Shown here in pieces: positions 27,937 through 38,369 of a stretch of DNA of 64,000 nt. Under the pieces are notes generated by a model. It ran no database searches, had not been told where the DNA came from, and saw only the letters and a list, made by a program, of their open reading frames with translations. The translations under genes were made by a program, and so were the position numbers. Numbering within the stretch: the first letter of the stretch is position 1; every line of letters begins with the position of its first letter. The stretch is from a virus, in IMG/VR virus record IMGVR_UViG_3300036715_000153, positions 32,001-96,000 of that record. One strand, written 5' to 3'.

Positions 27937-30900
27937 TTATTCATCTCTGGTTAGTAGGACAGTCAAGTCTAAGCCAGCTGCACCAACCGTTGCTGATATT
28001 GTATATGCTTTATATAAAGTTCCAGCTGCAACAGTTGCTCTACGAACTTGACCTTGTACATCCTGGATATATTGTGTTGTTCCTGTTATAACCCCAGACG
28101 AGTTTGTAGTTCCTGTAAGCACTAAGTTCGATCCAACCGTTGTAATAATTCTAACTCTTGCATTCTGTACTGGTGCAAGGGTAACGCCGTCTTTAACTGT
28201 TACAGTAACCGGAACAGTATCTAGCGGATACTGAGTAGCCATCGCCGCAGCAGTAACCACAGTCGGTACAGCAATCGTTGTCAACAAGTTATTTGCAGCA
28301 TACGTGTTTGTCTTGGTTTTAATTTTCATCTTAAAGCCAGTACTACTAACAATTGAGTTCTCGTTATGTATACTTGCAAATGCCAATGCCTGAGATGCAG
28401 CATTCGTACCAGCAACAGACATCGTAAATACAGTTGCCGATGTTATAGATGCAACCGTTGATGTAGCAGGAATGTTAGCAGGAGTTGTGATGTCAAAAAT
28501 ATTATCACCAACTAATATACCATAAGTAGAGCTTGATCCTGTTATCGCAGTTGACGAAACAGTTTGGTTTGTCGCCGATATAGTTGGGTTACTCGTACCA
28601 CCTGGAAAAGCAATTGTACTGACTTCATATGTACCAGTCTTACCATTCTTAGCATCAATGACACGAGTAATTATTGTGTTAGCAGCAATACCTGTACCAG
28701 TTACAATATATCCTTCATACAATTTACCAGAAGTCCATGCCGAGACTGTCAACACGTTGCCTGAAATTGATCCTGTCACAGATGTAGATAACGGAGTCAA
28801 CGTTACAGTAGTTGTAGATGATATAGTCCAACCTGGGTGTGCAGCGAAAGCGGTAGTTACGTTTGATCCTTTAAAGTAAAGATTTTTCCATACTCCAGAG
28901 AATCCTGAGCCTACATCCAAATCATAAAAGAAGTCATGATTAATTGGATTTGTAGCGGTAAATGTTGGTGCTGTCATTGTATATGGAGCAACAGTACCAT
29001 TCGTAAATCTACTATGACCATATATCTGATATGGTGTAGTCCACTCTACCTCATCTGCAACGTTCAATAGTGCAAGCGTACCGACAGATGTAAAACCAGA
29101 GCCGACATCCATCTTGTTAATTGTATATGATGAAGCGGATGGTTCTTTATTTGTTTTCTCATTCATCTGTACCACTATCTTACCAGATACTGGGCTAGTG
29201 CTACCGCCTGAAGTCCAAACGTCTGGATTAATAGGAGCAGCAACAGAGAATGAAGTTGCAGTTGGTGCAGGCGATGACAATACTGTCCACGTACCATTAT
29301 ATCCAGATGTCATTTGATATGTTGTTGCGGATAAAACACCAGATACAATAACTTTATCACCTGCTGATAATCCGTTTGTACCAGTGTTGACAAAGTTTAT
29401 CTGTCCGCCGTTTGTAGTAGTCCAAGCAGTTCCAGTTGTGATAGGAACTGCTGTTTGGGTGTACATATCTTCCCAGTGATGCCCATATACAGCAGTCTGA
29501 CCTGTAGTTGAGTTAGTGCCGCCGTATTTTCTTAATACAGTGTTAAGTGGAGTGTTTGTATATACAACAGCTGCGCCTACCCAACAGTCTTCGAATGTAA
29601 TACCAGAGTATGAGTTATCTACAGCATTCATGATACCTGTTGCTGTAAGTGTAGTATATACTCGCTGCACTGAAATATTATATGCTGCACCACCTGCTGC
29701 GCCTACCATGATATATGTTAATGGGTTAGCAGAACCAGCAGATAGAGGGGCAGCGATCGTTCCAATGTTTCTAACCTTGATATTGTTAGAACCAACCAAA
29801 GCAGAGAATATGCCAGAAAGTGGCTGAGTGTTAGCAACAATACCTCTAGCGAATGTAACTCCATTGATAGTGATGCCAGTAGAGTTTGATGTCATGCCAA
29901 ACATCACCTGACCAGTAGTGGCAGTGGTTGCACCTTCTAAGGTGTCCATGTAATCGTTATCTGTCCATGTGTTATTAGTACATGTGGTTATGAGATTAGT
30001 ACCACCGGTTGTCCTAGTTCTGGTGAATGTACAGTTAGCAACACGAGTCAACGATCTTGATCCAGATGTAGCATTACGTGCAGTAGCACCTGCTGTCGCA
30101 GTTGTTCTTAATATTAAACAAGAATCGTTAATAACTGTAACACCAGTCATATCCGCCCATATTTGAGCATACCAACTAGCTGTACCGTTATGAAATTTTC
30201 CCCATGTGCAGTTTGATATTGTTCCACCACCATAACACAAACCAATATTCAAGACAGATGCTTGAGCAGAAGATGCTACAGCTGATATGCCAGTATTCAC
30301 GTTATTCAGTTTAAATGAAGAAGCAATCTCTGAGAAGTTTAACGACTCGGATTGTATGACGTGATTGTATGTGAATGAATATGCTTGTGGTGATTGAAAA
30401 TACCAAGGAATTGAAGCTCTGGTAACCGATATTGTACCGATAACACCACCAGTTGCAATCTTTGGTCTTGTGGTTAATGTTGATGCTGGTGTTATTTGTG
30501 ACAATACCCCAGCCGTAGCTGCTTTTGCAGAATCCGAACATATAACGTTTGGTATAAGAATTCTCATACCATGAGCAGGCAAATACCCCCAAACGTTAGT
30601 GCCGTCTCCGCCAAATCTACATGAACCGGAAGCAGAAAAGAAGTGTACGTGTTTACCTTGTTCACTATTCGTTGGGAATGCTGATGCAGTAACAGCCATA
30701 TTACCTAAACCAGTATAAAACTCATACTGCAATAACTTAGCGAATGAGAAAGTACCAGGGTCAGTTGCCATAGCAATTCTAAATGTGGTTGTGCTAGGAC
30801 AGTCAAATATTTCAAATATACCATCATACGTCAATGGTACAGTGAAATCTAATTCGATCACTTGACCAGCATATAATCCGTGTGCCTTATTTGTTGTGAT

Positions 30901-33009
30901 TGTAGTATAGCCGCCAGCCCATGAAGTAGAAGAAATAGTTAAGTCTGATGTTAATGAACCACCAGATGTATATGTTCCGGGATTATTGACCATCGCAGCA
31001 GTTATTGTTACAGTGGTTGTTGATGCATAAGACTTACCAGTAACAACAAAGATACCATTGTATGCAGCAGGTGTAACGTTTAAAACTTGGAACTGATCAC
31101 CAACTATCAGTTTATCAATAAATGGCCCGAGGGTTGTTGTCGTGAAGGTAACAACGTTCGCTGCCCATGATGCTGTAGATATAACGCCGAACGTAGATGC
31201 TTTCTCTACCCATGCACCTGCATAAGGGGTTAATGCTGTGGATGAGCCGCCTGATGCCGGAAACTGGACGATCTGTTGCGCAGTATTATTTGTTGTAAGT
31301 CTTGCGTACCCAACACCACCAGTCGATGCTCCTAAGCCAACAAACGTATTATCTGTTATCGTAAATGTTGTGGTGCTTGGAACAGTAGTTACTAACCACG
31401 AACCATTTAATGCAGCAACCGATTGACCATTTAATGTAACAGTAGATCCAACAACTAACCCGTGGGTCGATGTTGTAACAGTCACAGAATTCGCTACAGC
31501 TGCCGTAGATGATGTAACAGTAAACGGCATTGTTTTAGGAGTAAACCAATCACCATTAATTGTAAAGGAAGCGACACGAGGAATTGTATGAGAAGAAGTT
31601 TCTGCACCAACTACTTCGATCCAACCCCTTTGTTCTTGTCCTGCACATGTAGCTACTGCTGTTACTGTGCCATTACCGGATAATGCAAGAGCTACACCTG
31701 ATCTGAAAGGTCCATTAGAAATATTTTTTACTTTTATATAGCCTAATGGAGACACACTGCCAGCTGTGCCTGGACCAGCAGTCCATGATGACCATGCACC
31801 TAAGAATACCGATCCGACTGTCTTTGTAATCGTACCAGCATTCTCTGTTGCAGGATTTGATCCAATTGTAAAAGTGAATACAGTCGGCGATACGACCGAT
31901 GCCACTGTAACTGTACCGTTGAAGTTTGTTGTACCTGTAATGACAACCGAGTTGCCTACTGCAACAGTGTGAGCTGCGATTGTAGTTGCTGTTGCTACGT
32001 TTGCAGCAGCAGATATACTTGAGATTGTTGATGTCTGAGTTTGGTCGCATCTAGCGTACTTGATACAACGACCAGTACCGTATGAGAAAGAAAGCGCACT
32101 TGCATTCAAGTTTACGTTGTTCGTTATACCTACGCCAGCAGTACCGTTTACCCAGTTACTTACAGTATTACAATATAAACCGGCAGAGTTATAAAGAACC
32201 CAACCCTCTGGTATTTGTTGTGAAACTGCGAATGTTAGCGTAGAAACGCCAGTAGCCGCAGTTAAGTTACCGCTACCTAGAACTTTAAAGTATGCACCTG
32301 GATTTGTAGTAAGGTTATATGTTAATGTTGTACTAGACGGTGCAGAAGTTATCACGAACAATCCGTTATAACCGTCTGTTATGTCTGTTCCACGCAAACC
32401 ACCAACACCAATCCAGTCACCTGTAACATATCCATGCGCAGAGGCGAATGTTAGCGTGACAACACCGGCAGACCAAGATGCATCGATGATTGGCTGAGAC
32501 CATGGTTGATAGTAGTAGGCGCCGGCAGATGTCTGTGATGCTTGCGCAGCAGCTGCAAAAGTACAAGTAAGAGATGCTGAGATTGCATTTAAGATCGTGC
32601 CGATATATGTACCAGTGGATGTATACAGTTTTGTTCCAGCTGGATATGTTTGTGCAACCGAGAATGTACCAGTAGTGGCTGCCGATGCGACTGTTAATGT
32701 AGTAGCACCGCCAGAAATTAAAGCGGGAGTTGGAGCAGTACCAGAACCACCTGTGTATGGAATAATACTGACGTTTGTACCGTCAATTAATACTCCACCA
32801 TTAATTGCCGTAGCAGATACAGTAACAGAATCTAAAGAACCATTAGATGCACCTGGGGATGTAATATGACCCGCGTTCCATTTTGTATCTGTGTCGATTA
32901 TTAGTTTTCCGTTGTTCTGGGCAATACTATCGACTACAGCTGTAGTCATAATCTGTTGACCGGATATTAGATCATAGTTGATAGATGCTTCGTGAATAAA
33001 GTTTGCCAT
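27937..33009 (-). CDS. Large T/S/G/A-rich virion protein with repeated HGxxxGD beta modules and a probable beta-helix
   Basis: Repeated SW.GV.T.T...HG...GD....G...YNG.F.V...PS.TT.T units. Confidence 0.75.
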   Translation of the reverse strand: MANFIHEASINYDLISGQQIMTTAVVDSIAQNNGKLIIDTDTKWNAGHITSPGASNGSLDSVTVSATAINGGVLIDGTNVSIIPYTGGSGTAPTPALISGGATTLTVASAATTGTFSVAQTYPAGTKLYTSTGTYIGTILNAISASLTCTFAAAAQASQTSAGAYYYQPWSQPIIDASWSAGVVTLTFASAHGYVTGDWIGVGGLRGTDITDGYNGLFVITSAPSSTTLTYNLTTNPGAYFKVLGSGNLTAATGVSTLTFAVSQQIPEGWVLYNSAGLYCNTVSNWVNGTAGVGITNNVNLNASALSFSYGTGRCIKYARCDQTQTSTISSISAAANVATATTIAAHTVAVGNSVVITGTTNFNGTVTVASVVSPTVFTFTIGSNPATENAGTITKTVGSVFLGAWSSWTAGPGTAGSVSPLGYIKVKNISNGPFRSGVALALSGNGTVTAVATCAGQEQRGWIEVVGAETSSHTIPRVASFTINGDWFTPKTMPFTVTSSTAAVANSVTVTTSTHGLVVGSTVTLNGQSVAALNGSWLVTTVPSTTTFTITDNTFVGLGASTGGVGYARLTTNNTAQQIVQFPASGGSSTALTPYAGAWVEKASTFGVISTASWAANVVTFTTTTLGPFIDKLIVGDQFQVLNVTPAAYNGIFVVTGKSYASTTTVTITAAMVNNPGTYTSGGSLTSDLTISSTSWAGGYTTITTNKAHGLYAGQVIELDFTVPLTYDGIFEIFDCPSTTTFRIAMATDPGTFSFAKLLQYEFYTGLGNMAVTASAFPTNSEQGKHVHFFSASGSCRFGGDGTNVWGYLPAHGMRILIPNVICSDSAKAATAGVLSQITPASTLTTRPKIATGGVIGTISVTRASIPWYFQSPQAYSFTYNHVIQSESLNFSEIASSFKLNNVNTGISAVASSAQASVLNIGLCYGGGTISNCTWGKFHNGTASWYAQIWADMTGVTVINDSCLILRTTATAGATARNATSGSRSLTRVANCTFTRTRTTGGTNLITTCTNNTWTDNDYMDTLEGATTATTGQVMFGMTSNSTGITINGVTFARGIVANTQPLSGIFSALVGSNNIKVRNIGTIAAPLSAGSANPLTYIMVGAAGGAAYNISVQRVYTTLTATGIMNAVDNSYSGITFEDCWVGAAVVYTNTPLNTVLRKYGGTNSTTGQTAVYGHHWEDMYTQTAVPITTGTAWTTTNGGQINFVNTGTNGLSAGDKVIVSGVLSATTYQMTSGYNGTWTVLSSPAPTATSFSVAAPINPDVWTSGGSTSPVSGKIVVQMNEKTNKEPSASSYTINKMDVGSGFTSVGTLALLNVADEVEWTTPYQIYGHSRFTNGTVAPYTMTAPTFTATNPINHDFFYDLDVGSGFSGVWKNLYFKGSNVTTAFAAHPGWTISSTTTVTLTPLSTSVTGSISGNVLTVSAWTSGKLYEGYIVTGTGIAANTIITRVIDAKNGKTGTYEVSTIAFPGGTSNPTISATNQTVSSTAITGSSSTYGILVGDNIFDITTPANIPATSTVASITSATVFTMSVAGTNAASQALAFASIHNENSIVSSTGFKMKIKTKTNTYAANNLLTTIAVPTVVTAAAMATQYPLDTVPVTVTVKDGVTLAPVQNARVRIITTVGSNLVLTGTTNSSGVITGTTQYIQDVQGQVRRATVAAGTLYKAYTISATVGAAGLDLTVLLTRDE

Positions 33010-33052
33010 TTAATAAGTCCAATAATCCTCGTTTATGATATTTATAATAGTA

Positions 33053-33075
33053 AAATGGGAACCGAAGTTCCCATT
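33053..33075 (-). terminator. Rho-independent terminator
   Basis: AATGGGAAC-TTCG-GTTCCCATT hairpin plus U-tract. Confidence 0.75.
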
Positions 33076-33099
33076 AATACGATTCATTACTTTTAAATA

Positions 33100-34827
33100 T
33101 CACGCATCTGAGGTTTGCACAATACCTTGCGAGCCACCCGAGGATCCAAGTGATGCAGAGAATGTTTGGAACGTCTTAATCGAATCTGTATAACTTGGTC
33201 CAGTACCACCAAATCGAGCACGCACTGCTAATGTTCTAGGTGTACCAGAGTACACGCAGTTATAAGACATCGTAGCGCCAGAAGAAATACCATCGATATA
33301 ACTGATGAATGCGTTTGCACCGTTTACCGCATTATTAGTCGAGAAGTTATACGATGTAATTGTGAACGTCTTAGTAGCAAAATTAACTGCCGAATACGGA
33401 TGGCGTGTATATTGACCGTTTGCTCTCAGAATACGAATCGTGCCTGTTGAAGGAGTATCCGCTGGTATAGCCTGTGTTACCACAACCGATGTAACAGCCG
33501 CACCAGATAATACACCGTTCAATGTAAACTGACTAACGTCTATTGCAGTCCCGGTAGATGGGCCAACGAGAACAGAGTAGCCACTCAACAAGTTAGACAC
33601 AGTGAATGATACGTTGTTTGGTGGATTACGAGCTACACCGTCGAGTGCAGTGAACAAATCGTCCTTAGTTACGTCTACATATTCCAGTGCAAAACCATAA
33701 GCACCGACAATCGCTGAACCAGTCGACTGTCCGCAGAATGGTGTCGATACCGTTGTTTCTAATACTGTACCAGTTGTTGCAGTAACACCGCCTTGTGTAA
33801 CTGTGCCAGTAGGAGCAACACCTGACAGTAATTGAATATACATTGTGCCTGATGTGCCGCCGTCAATATCAGCTAAGATAGCACCTGTACCTGCTGTGGT
33901 ACCTGAGCCCCACGTTAAGCTAGCACCACCTTGAACAAAGGTTCCGCCAGCCTGTGCTGTATATGTTACTGAATGAGTGATGCCTCTGAACAGTTCACCT
34001 GGTACACCATATATAGTTGTTACGTTCGTACGACCAGTTAAGTATTTCATACGCTCATAGAACTGTTTGATCGTGAACGTATCTCTATTCCATTGTGAAT
34101 AATAAGATTCTAGCGAACCGTTATTATCCATATCAATCTGATTATAACCAGCTGTGAGGTTTGTAATTGTTGTCCAACCCGAAACTGTCGCACTCGCTGT
34201 TGTGTTGTTCAAGTCAGCTGCGTATGTCAAAGGTACAACGTTTACACCGCGACCTGTACCGGGAATCTTAAATTCTGAGTATGTTTTAAACCATTCCCGA
34301 GTTTGGAACAGTACACGCTTACCGTCTATGTCTGAACCAGCTGTACGAACCTTCAACATAAACTGTGTAGATTTACCTGTTGCTGTATCTGGGTTCAGAC
34401 CACGGTAAGAGGCACCATTTGGAGTATTATTCCAGAAGTCGGTAGTTACACGAGCACCAGCTTGAATAACGTCAACATAGCAGCCTGGGTTTGCAACAAC
34501 AGCTACACCGTCCCAAATATCTGTACCACCGCCCTGAATAATCGAACCACCGTAAATGTATTCAGATGCTTTAGTAGTATATGCTTCGTCTAGTGCATAC
34601 CCATTAATCAAGTTGATGATCGTATCAAACGATTTATCCGTTGGGGTATCACGTGTAATATCCATGAAGTCATCTAGTGCAGATGCCTGATCATCTGCCA
34701 AGTCTTGTAGCCAACGATGCAGTTCCAAGACAGTTACGTAATTGGCTCCAGCTACACCGTGTGCGGCTCCTACATATCTAATCGTCTTGTCAGTGTTGAC
34801 TGCCCAAGATGTGCTTACTAATGCCAT
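33100..34827 (-). CDS. Hypothetical structural protein
   Basis: 575-aa G/T-rich ORF with AAGGA SD and its own terminator. Confidence 0.7.
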   Translation of the reverse strand: MALVSTSWAVNTDKTIRYVGAAHGVAGANYVTVLELHRWLQDLADDQASALDDFMDITRDTPTDKSFDTIINLINGYALDEAYTTKASEYIYGGSIIQGGGTDIWDGVAVVANPGCYVDVIQAGARVTTDFWNNTPNGASYRGLNPDTATGKSTQFMLKVRTAGSDIDGKRVLFQTREWFKTYSEFKIPGTGRGVNVVPLTYAADLNNTTASATVSGWTTITNLTAGYNQIDMDNNGSLESYYSQWNRDTFTIKQFYERMKYLTGRTNVTTIYGVPGELFRGITHSVTYTAQAGGTFVQGGASLTWGSGTTAGTGAILADIDGGTSGTMYIQLLSGVAPTGTVTQGGVTATTGTVLETTVSTPFCGQSTGSAIVGAYGFALEYVDVTKDDLFTALDGVARNPPNNVSFTVSNLLSGYSVLVGPSTGTAIDVSQFTLNGVLSGAAVTSVVVTQAIPADTPSTGTIRILRANGQYTRHPYSAVNFATKTFTITSYNFSTNNAVNGANAFISYIDGISSGATMSYNCVYSGTPRTLAVRARFGGTGPSYTDSIKTFQTFSASLGSSGGSQGIVQTSDA

Positions 34828-34852
34828 GATCGATTCCTTTTGTTAATTGTAT

Positions 34853-35203
34853 TTATTTAGTTTTTCTATTATTTTGATTTTGAATAATCTGTTTCAGAAG
34901 CTCCTGTTGATTATCAAATCTTTCTTTAGCAAGGGAATCTGCTTTACTTTGCGCTTCAATCATAGCTTTAGTACGCTCATCCAATCGTTCTTGACCAGCT
35001 TGTAATGTATTAACCTGGGCGTGTACTTCTGCATTAGATTTAACTGCATCTTCTAAAGTTTGGACTTTATTTATGGTCTGGCCCCATGCGACGCTACCAG
35101 CGAACAATGCAATGATAATGAACCAATATGTTTTTAACCACTCTAAAAATTCTGGTGTTTTACTTCTGATAGTCATATTTCCTATGTTCCTTACTGTAGC
35201 CAT
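34853..35203 (-). CDS. Membrane-anchored coiled-coil protein
   Basis: One TM segment (YWFIIIALFAGSVAW) followed by a coiled coil; start uncertain. Confidence 0.55.
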   Translation of the reverse strand: MATVRNIGNMTIRSKTPEFLEWLKTYWFIIIALFAGSVAWGQTINKVQTLEDAVKSNAEVHAQVNTLQAGQERLDERTKAMIEAQSKADSLAKERFDNQQELLKQIIQNQNNRKTK

Positions 35204-35354
35204 TTTTAGACTCTTTACACCCAATAACGAGCGTCAATACTGCATAGAATATTCCGATTGAGAATAATGAAACATCATAGTATAGTATAGCAACAGTCGA
35301 AATACCTATACTAAGTAATATCGACGCTATCCACATAATAGTATTTAACGTCAT
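35160..35354 (-). CDS. Small two-TM membrane protein
   Basis: Two hydrophobic segments and a basic tail. Confidence 0.45.
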   Translation of the reverse strand: MTLNTIMWIASILLSIGISTVAILYYDVSLFSIGIFYAVLTLVIGCKESKNGYSKEHRKYDYQK

Positions 35355-35800
35355 AATATTCCACTAGCAGGTACACCACGAAGTCTAACTGCTTCGAGTG
35401 CTTCCTTTAATGTTTTAGTTAGTGATTCGATGTGTTCATCGCGAATGCTGAGTTCTTTATCTTTGATAAGTATTTTATCTTGTAGTTCGATGTTTTCTTT
35501 CTCAAGCGCAACGAGCATACGAACACTGATGGTCAAATCTGCAATCTTGACATTTAACTCTGCATTCTCTTGTGCTAATCTCTTGAGCTGATCCGACATA
35601 ATATTCATGTGTTCTGCCATGCGAGTATTTTCTAGTCTAAGATTTTCAAATAGATTCTGACTAGCCTGATCTATTGATGTATCTCTTTTCTCTGTGTAGA
35701 ATAATCTACGGACGTGTCTAATGAAATATATGAGTGCGGTTATTGAAGCTCCACCACCTAATACGTATGCTACTGGGTCGGACGATAATATATCTATCAT
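35351..35800 (-). CDS. Membrane-anchored coiled-coil protein
   Basis: N-terminal TM segment followed by heptad repeats. Confidence 0.6.
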   Translation of the reverse strand: MIDILSSDPVAYVLGGGASITALIYFIRHVRRLFYTEKRDTSIDQASQNLFENLRLENTRMAEHMNIMSDQLKRLAQENAELNVKIADLTISVRMLVALEKENIELQDKILIKDKELSIRDEHIESLTKTLKEALEAVRLRGVPASGIL

Positions 35801-35804
35801 ATTA

Positions 35805-36248
35805 TTATTTTGTAGATGGGAAACGTATTAAAGACCACCATGATGCCATAGCTAAAACTATAGCTGACCCAGCGGCATCGGGCATAGAATGAAATACTTG
35901 TTCACACAATACAGAGCTTAACATTCCAATTGAAATGCCTGTCCATAAGAATGATCCAAGAATCGAATCTAGAAAAAATAGAATTTTTATTCGCTTACAT
36001 GAGAACAACGAGACCATTGCGGCGATACCATGAATACAAAATAGCAAAGTCCAAATTTCTTCTGGCATCGCTTTATCGGCCACATAAAACATTGGTCTAT
36101 CGAACGTATTCCCTGGCATTGCCAGTAAGATAGCCCATGATAAAGACGATAATGCTAACACTAATCTTAGTGCCAAAAGATCAGCCTCATTGAAGAGATG
36201 CGATAACTTTTCCTTAAAGGATTTATTTTTATCTTCTGAGCATTTCAT
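35805..36248 (-). CDS. Four-TM membrane protein
   Basis: Four hydrophobic segments. Confidence 0.6.
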   Translation of the reverse strand: MKCSEDKNKSFKEKLSHLFNEADLLALRLVLALSSLSWAILLAMPGNTFDRPMFYVADKAMPEEIWTLLFCIHGIAAMVSLFSCKRIKILFFLDSILGSFLWTGISIGMLSSVLCEQVFHSMPDAAGSAIVLAMASWWSLIRFPSTK

Positions 36249-36610
36249 TATTTAGCCTTAGATTTCCCAGATGCGTCTTCTACAACAGCTTCTTCATCTT
36301 TACTAGACTTACTTCCCATGTACTTACTCCAGCCAGCCATGAGACCCATAGCAGCCAAATACAAACCAAAGATACCTTCGGTTAAAGTACCAGCGACTGT
36401 CAGCTTCGTAACAACCCAAGTACCTGTGAAGATAGCAACCAATTGTCCTAGACCTGTCTTAGATGCTTTACCTTTTTCATCTACGAGTAGATCGAACACA
36501 TTAAATGTGTGATTAGATTGAACATGTGCTCTCCACAAGATTATTGCAATAATACCAACAGCAGTAATGTGTGGAATGTATGGAATATAAGGTGTAAGAA
36601 AATCAATCAT
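36248..36610 (-). CDS. Holin-like membrane protein
   Basis: Three TM segments, DLLVDEKGKAS motif, charged C-terminus. Confidence 0.5.
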   Translation of the reverse strand: MIDFLTPYIPYIPHITAVGIIAIILWRAHVQSNHTFNVFDLLVDEKGKASKTGLGQLVAIFTGTWVVTKLTVAGTLTEGIFGLYLAAMGLMAGWSKYMGSKSSKDEEAVVEDASGKSKAK

Positions 36611-37128
36611 ATCGTGTACATAATTTCCATTTTAGTAGATGCGCCGATTGCTGAAATATTAACAGCCAGATATGTCCATTTATTAGTCATTGCGACTACT
36701 GTGGAGCTACCGTCTGTCGCTGTATTCGATAGCGTACCGAGTGCAGGTACCCAGTGAAGATTGTCTAGTGAACCTTCAAGTGTCGCTGTAGTTGTACCTG
36801 TTCCAGTTACAAACGACTGAATGATTTGACCGGCGCCGGTTGAGTTTTGTGGTATAAATACGTAACGTCCGGTTGCACCTGCGCGGAACGAGTCTATCGA
36901 CACTGTACCCGTTAGGAATAATGCATAATCAGATGAACACTGTACCGTGAATACGGTTGCTGATGTAACTGTTGCAGATGCTTGTAGGTCTTGTGGGGAG
37001 TTTGTTGATTTGATACGTACTGCATCACCTGTAACTAGGTTATGGTTTAATGTAGTTGTTACAGTGAGAACGTTAGATGCCCACACTGCTGTGTAATCTA
37101 ATTCGCGTTTGACTTTTCTGGATGACAT
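36607..37128 (-). CDS. Hypothetical protein with one HxLxxGD beta module
   Basis: VWASNVLTVTTTLNHNLVTGDAV resembles the repeats in 27937-33009. Confidence 0.6.
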   Translation of the reverse strand: MSSRKVKRELDYTAVWASNVLTVTTTLNHNLVTGDAVRIKSTNSPQDLQASATVTSATVFTVQCSSDYALFLTGTVSIDSFRAGATGRYVFIPQNSTGAGQIIQSFVTGTGTTTATLEGSLDNLHWVPALGTLSNTATDGSSTVVAMTNKWTYLAVNISAIGASTKMEIMYTI

Positions 37129-37168
37129 AGATGCATTACCTGTTTAATGTTTAACTATAGTAATTTAG

Positions 37169-37738
37169 TTATCTTGTAGTTTCACCGCCGAGCTTCAATG
37201 AAATCCTTGGTCTTATATCAATCGTAATACGTCTTTTAGCTCCAACAGCTTCTTTGTGGATATTGTTCAATGACCATCCAAACTGTATCATATAACCATA
37301 GCGATCAGTCCACTTGCCCGCCTTCTTATAATCGAAGTATTTAACGTTATTGTTCTTACAGGTACGATATACCGAACCTAGTGTATAACCATTGTCGCCG
37401 ATGTCAATCTCTTGCCCAGTCGATGTGTATTCAGATATTCTACTTACATTAATACCATACAGCTGCATGAAACCATAAGCAGGATTTCTCAATGCCCAAT
37501 TAAATCCGCATACCCACTTCTTACGCCAAGGTGCATAATCTTTTGTATAAGACATCTCACGATCAATAAACATCTGATCACCAATGGCTGGTGCATCTTG
37601 CGTCTGAAACCAACCTAACCATGATGGTAGATAACCTTCGTCGTTAATAAAGAAAGGCAAGATAGGAGATAATATTACGTTTAAAATCATCACCACGATT
37701 GTTGCAACTGCTAGACAGAACCATTCAATAAACATCAT
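37169..37738 (-). CDS. Phage membrane-associated hypothetical protein
   Basis: LPSWLGWFQTQD...WALRNPAYGF. Confidence 0.65.
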   Translation of the reverse strand: MMFIEWFCLAVATIVVMILNVILSPILPFFINDEGYLPSWLGWFQTQDAPAIGDQMFIDREMSYTKDYAPWRKKWVCGFNWALRNPAYGFMQLYGINVSRISEYTSTGQEIDIGDNGYTLGSVYRTCKNNNVKYFDYKKAGKWTDRYGYMIQFGWSLNNIHKEAVGAKRRITIDIRPRISLKLGGETTR

Positions 37739-37808
37739 AGTCCATGCCCAATCATGTAAATGAGTGTTAAGAATGTTGTCATAAAGATTAATATGATTGT
37801 TGCTCGTT

Positions 37809-38252
37809 TCATGTTGGATCCTTTAATAGTGGACTAAGCATTAGATTAGATGATATTCTGCTTAGGTTGTCGTATCTTAGTAAGTTTACTCCGGCTTCTT
37901 TGAAACAGTATGCTACCAATTCAAAGCAAAACCATTTATCGGTTTCTTGCCAATCTCTGTTGAATGCAAACCCTAATACGCCTAGCCAGTCATAAGATTT
38001 ATTTAATTGGTCGATTGCTGTTAGGTGTATCTTATCGTATTGCTCCGCAGTTACTTCGACCTCTAAGATGAGATATTTATCAGGCTCTACTTCTCTTAAT
38101 TTAACTCCGCCTGGTAGTGCACCTAATAGTCGCCCATCTGGCATAATAAAATCTACGTGAGAATAGTCTGACCAATCTCTCCATCTAATAAGTCTCGAAA
38201 TTAATGAGTTTGTGGTTGAGAATCTTAGTCTTATTTTCACTAAACAGTCCAT
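37809..38252 (-). CDS. Permuted papain-like (YiiX/YaeF) peptidase
   Basis: YSHVD...YDWLG...WFCFELVAY, with His before Cys. Confidence 0.75.
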   Translation of the reverse strand: MDCLVKIRLRFSTTNSLISRLIRWRDWSDYSHVDFIMPDGRLLGALPGGVKLREVEPDKYLILEVEVTAEQYDKIHLTAIDQLNKSYDWLGVLGFAFNRDWQETDKWFCFELVAYCFKEAGVNLLRYDNLSRISSNLMLSPLLKDPT

Positions 38253-38369
38253 ACCATAATAGGTAATTCGGCGAGCAGTATGTGTGCAAACTTATACTCG
38301 ATACTGTCGATTTTGTTTTGTAGGTCTTTACAGTTCATATTATCCCTTAACGAATATCTGTGATGTAGA

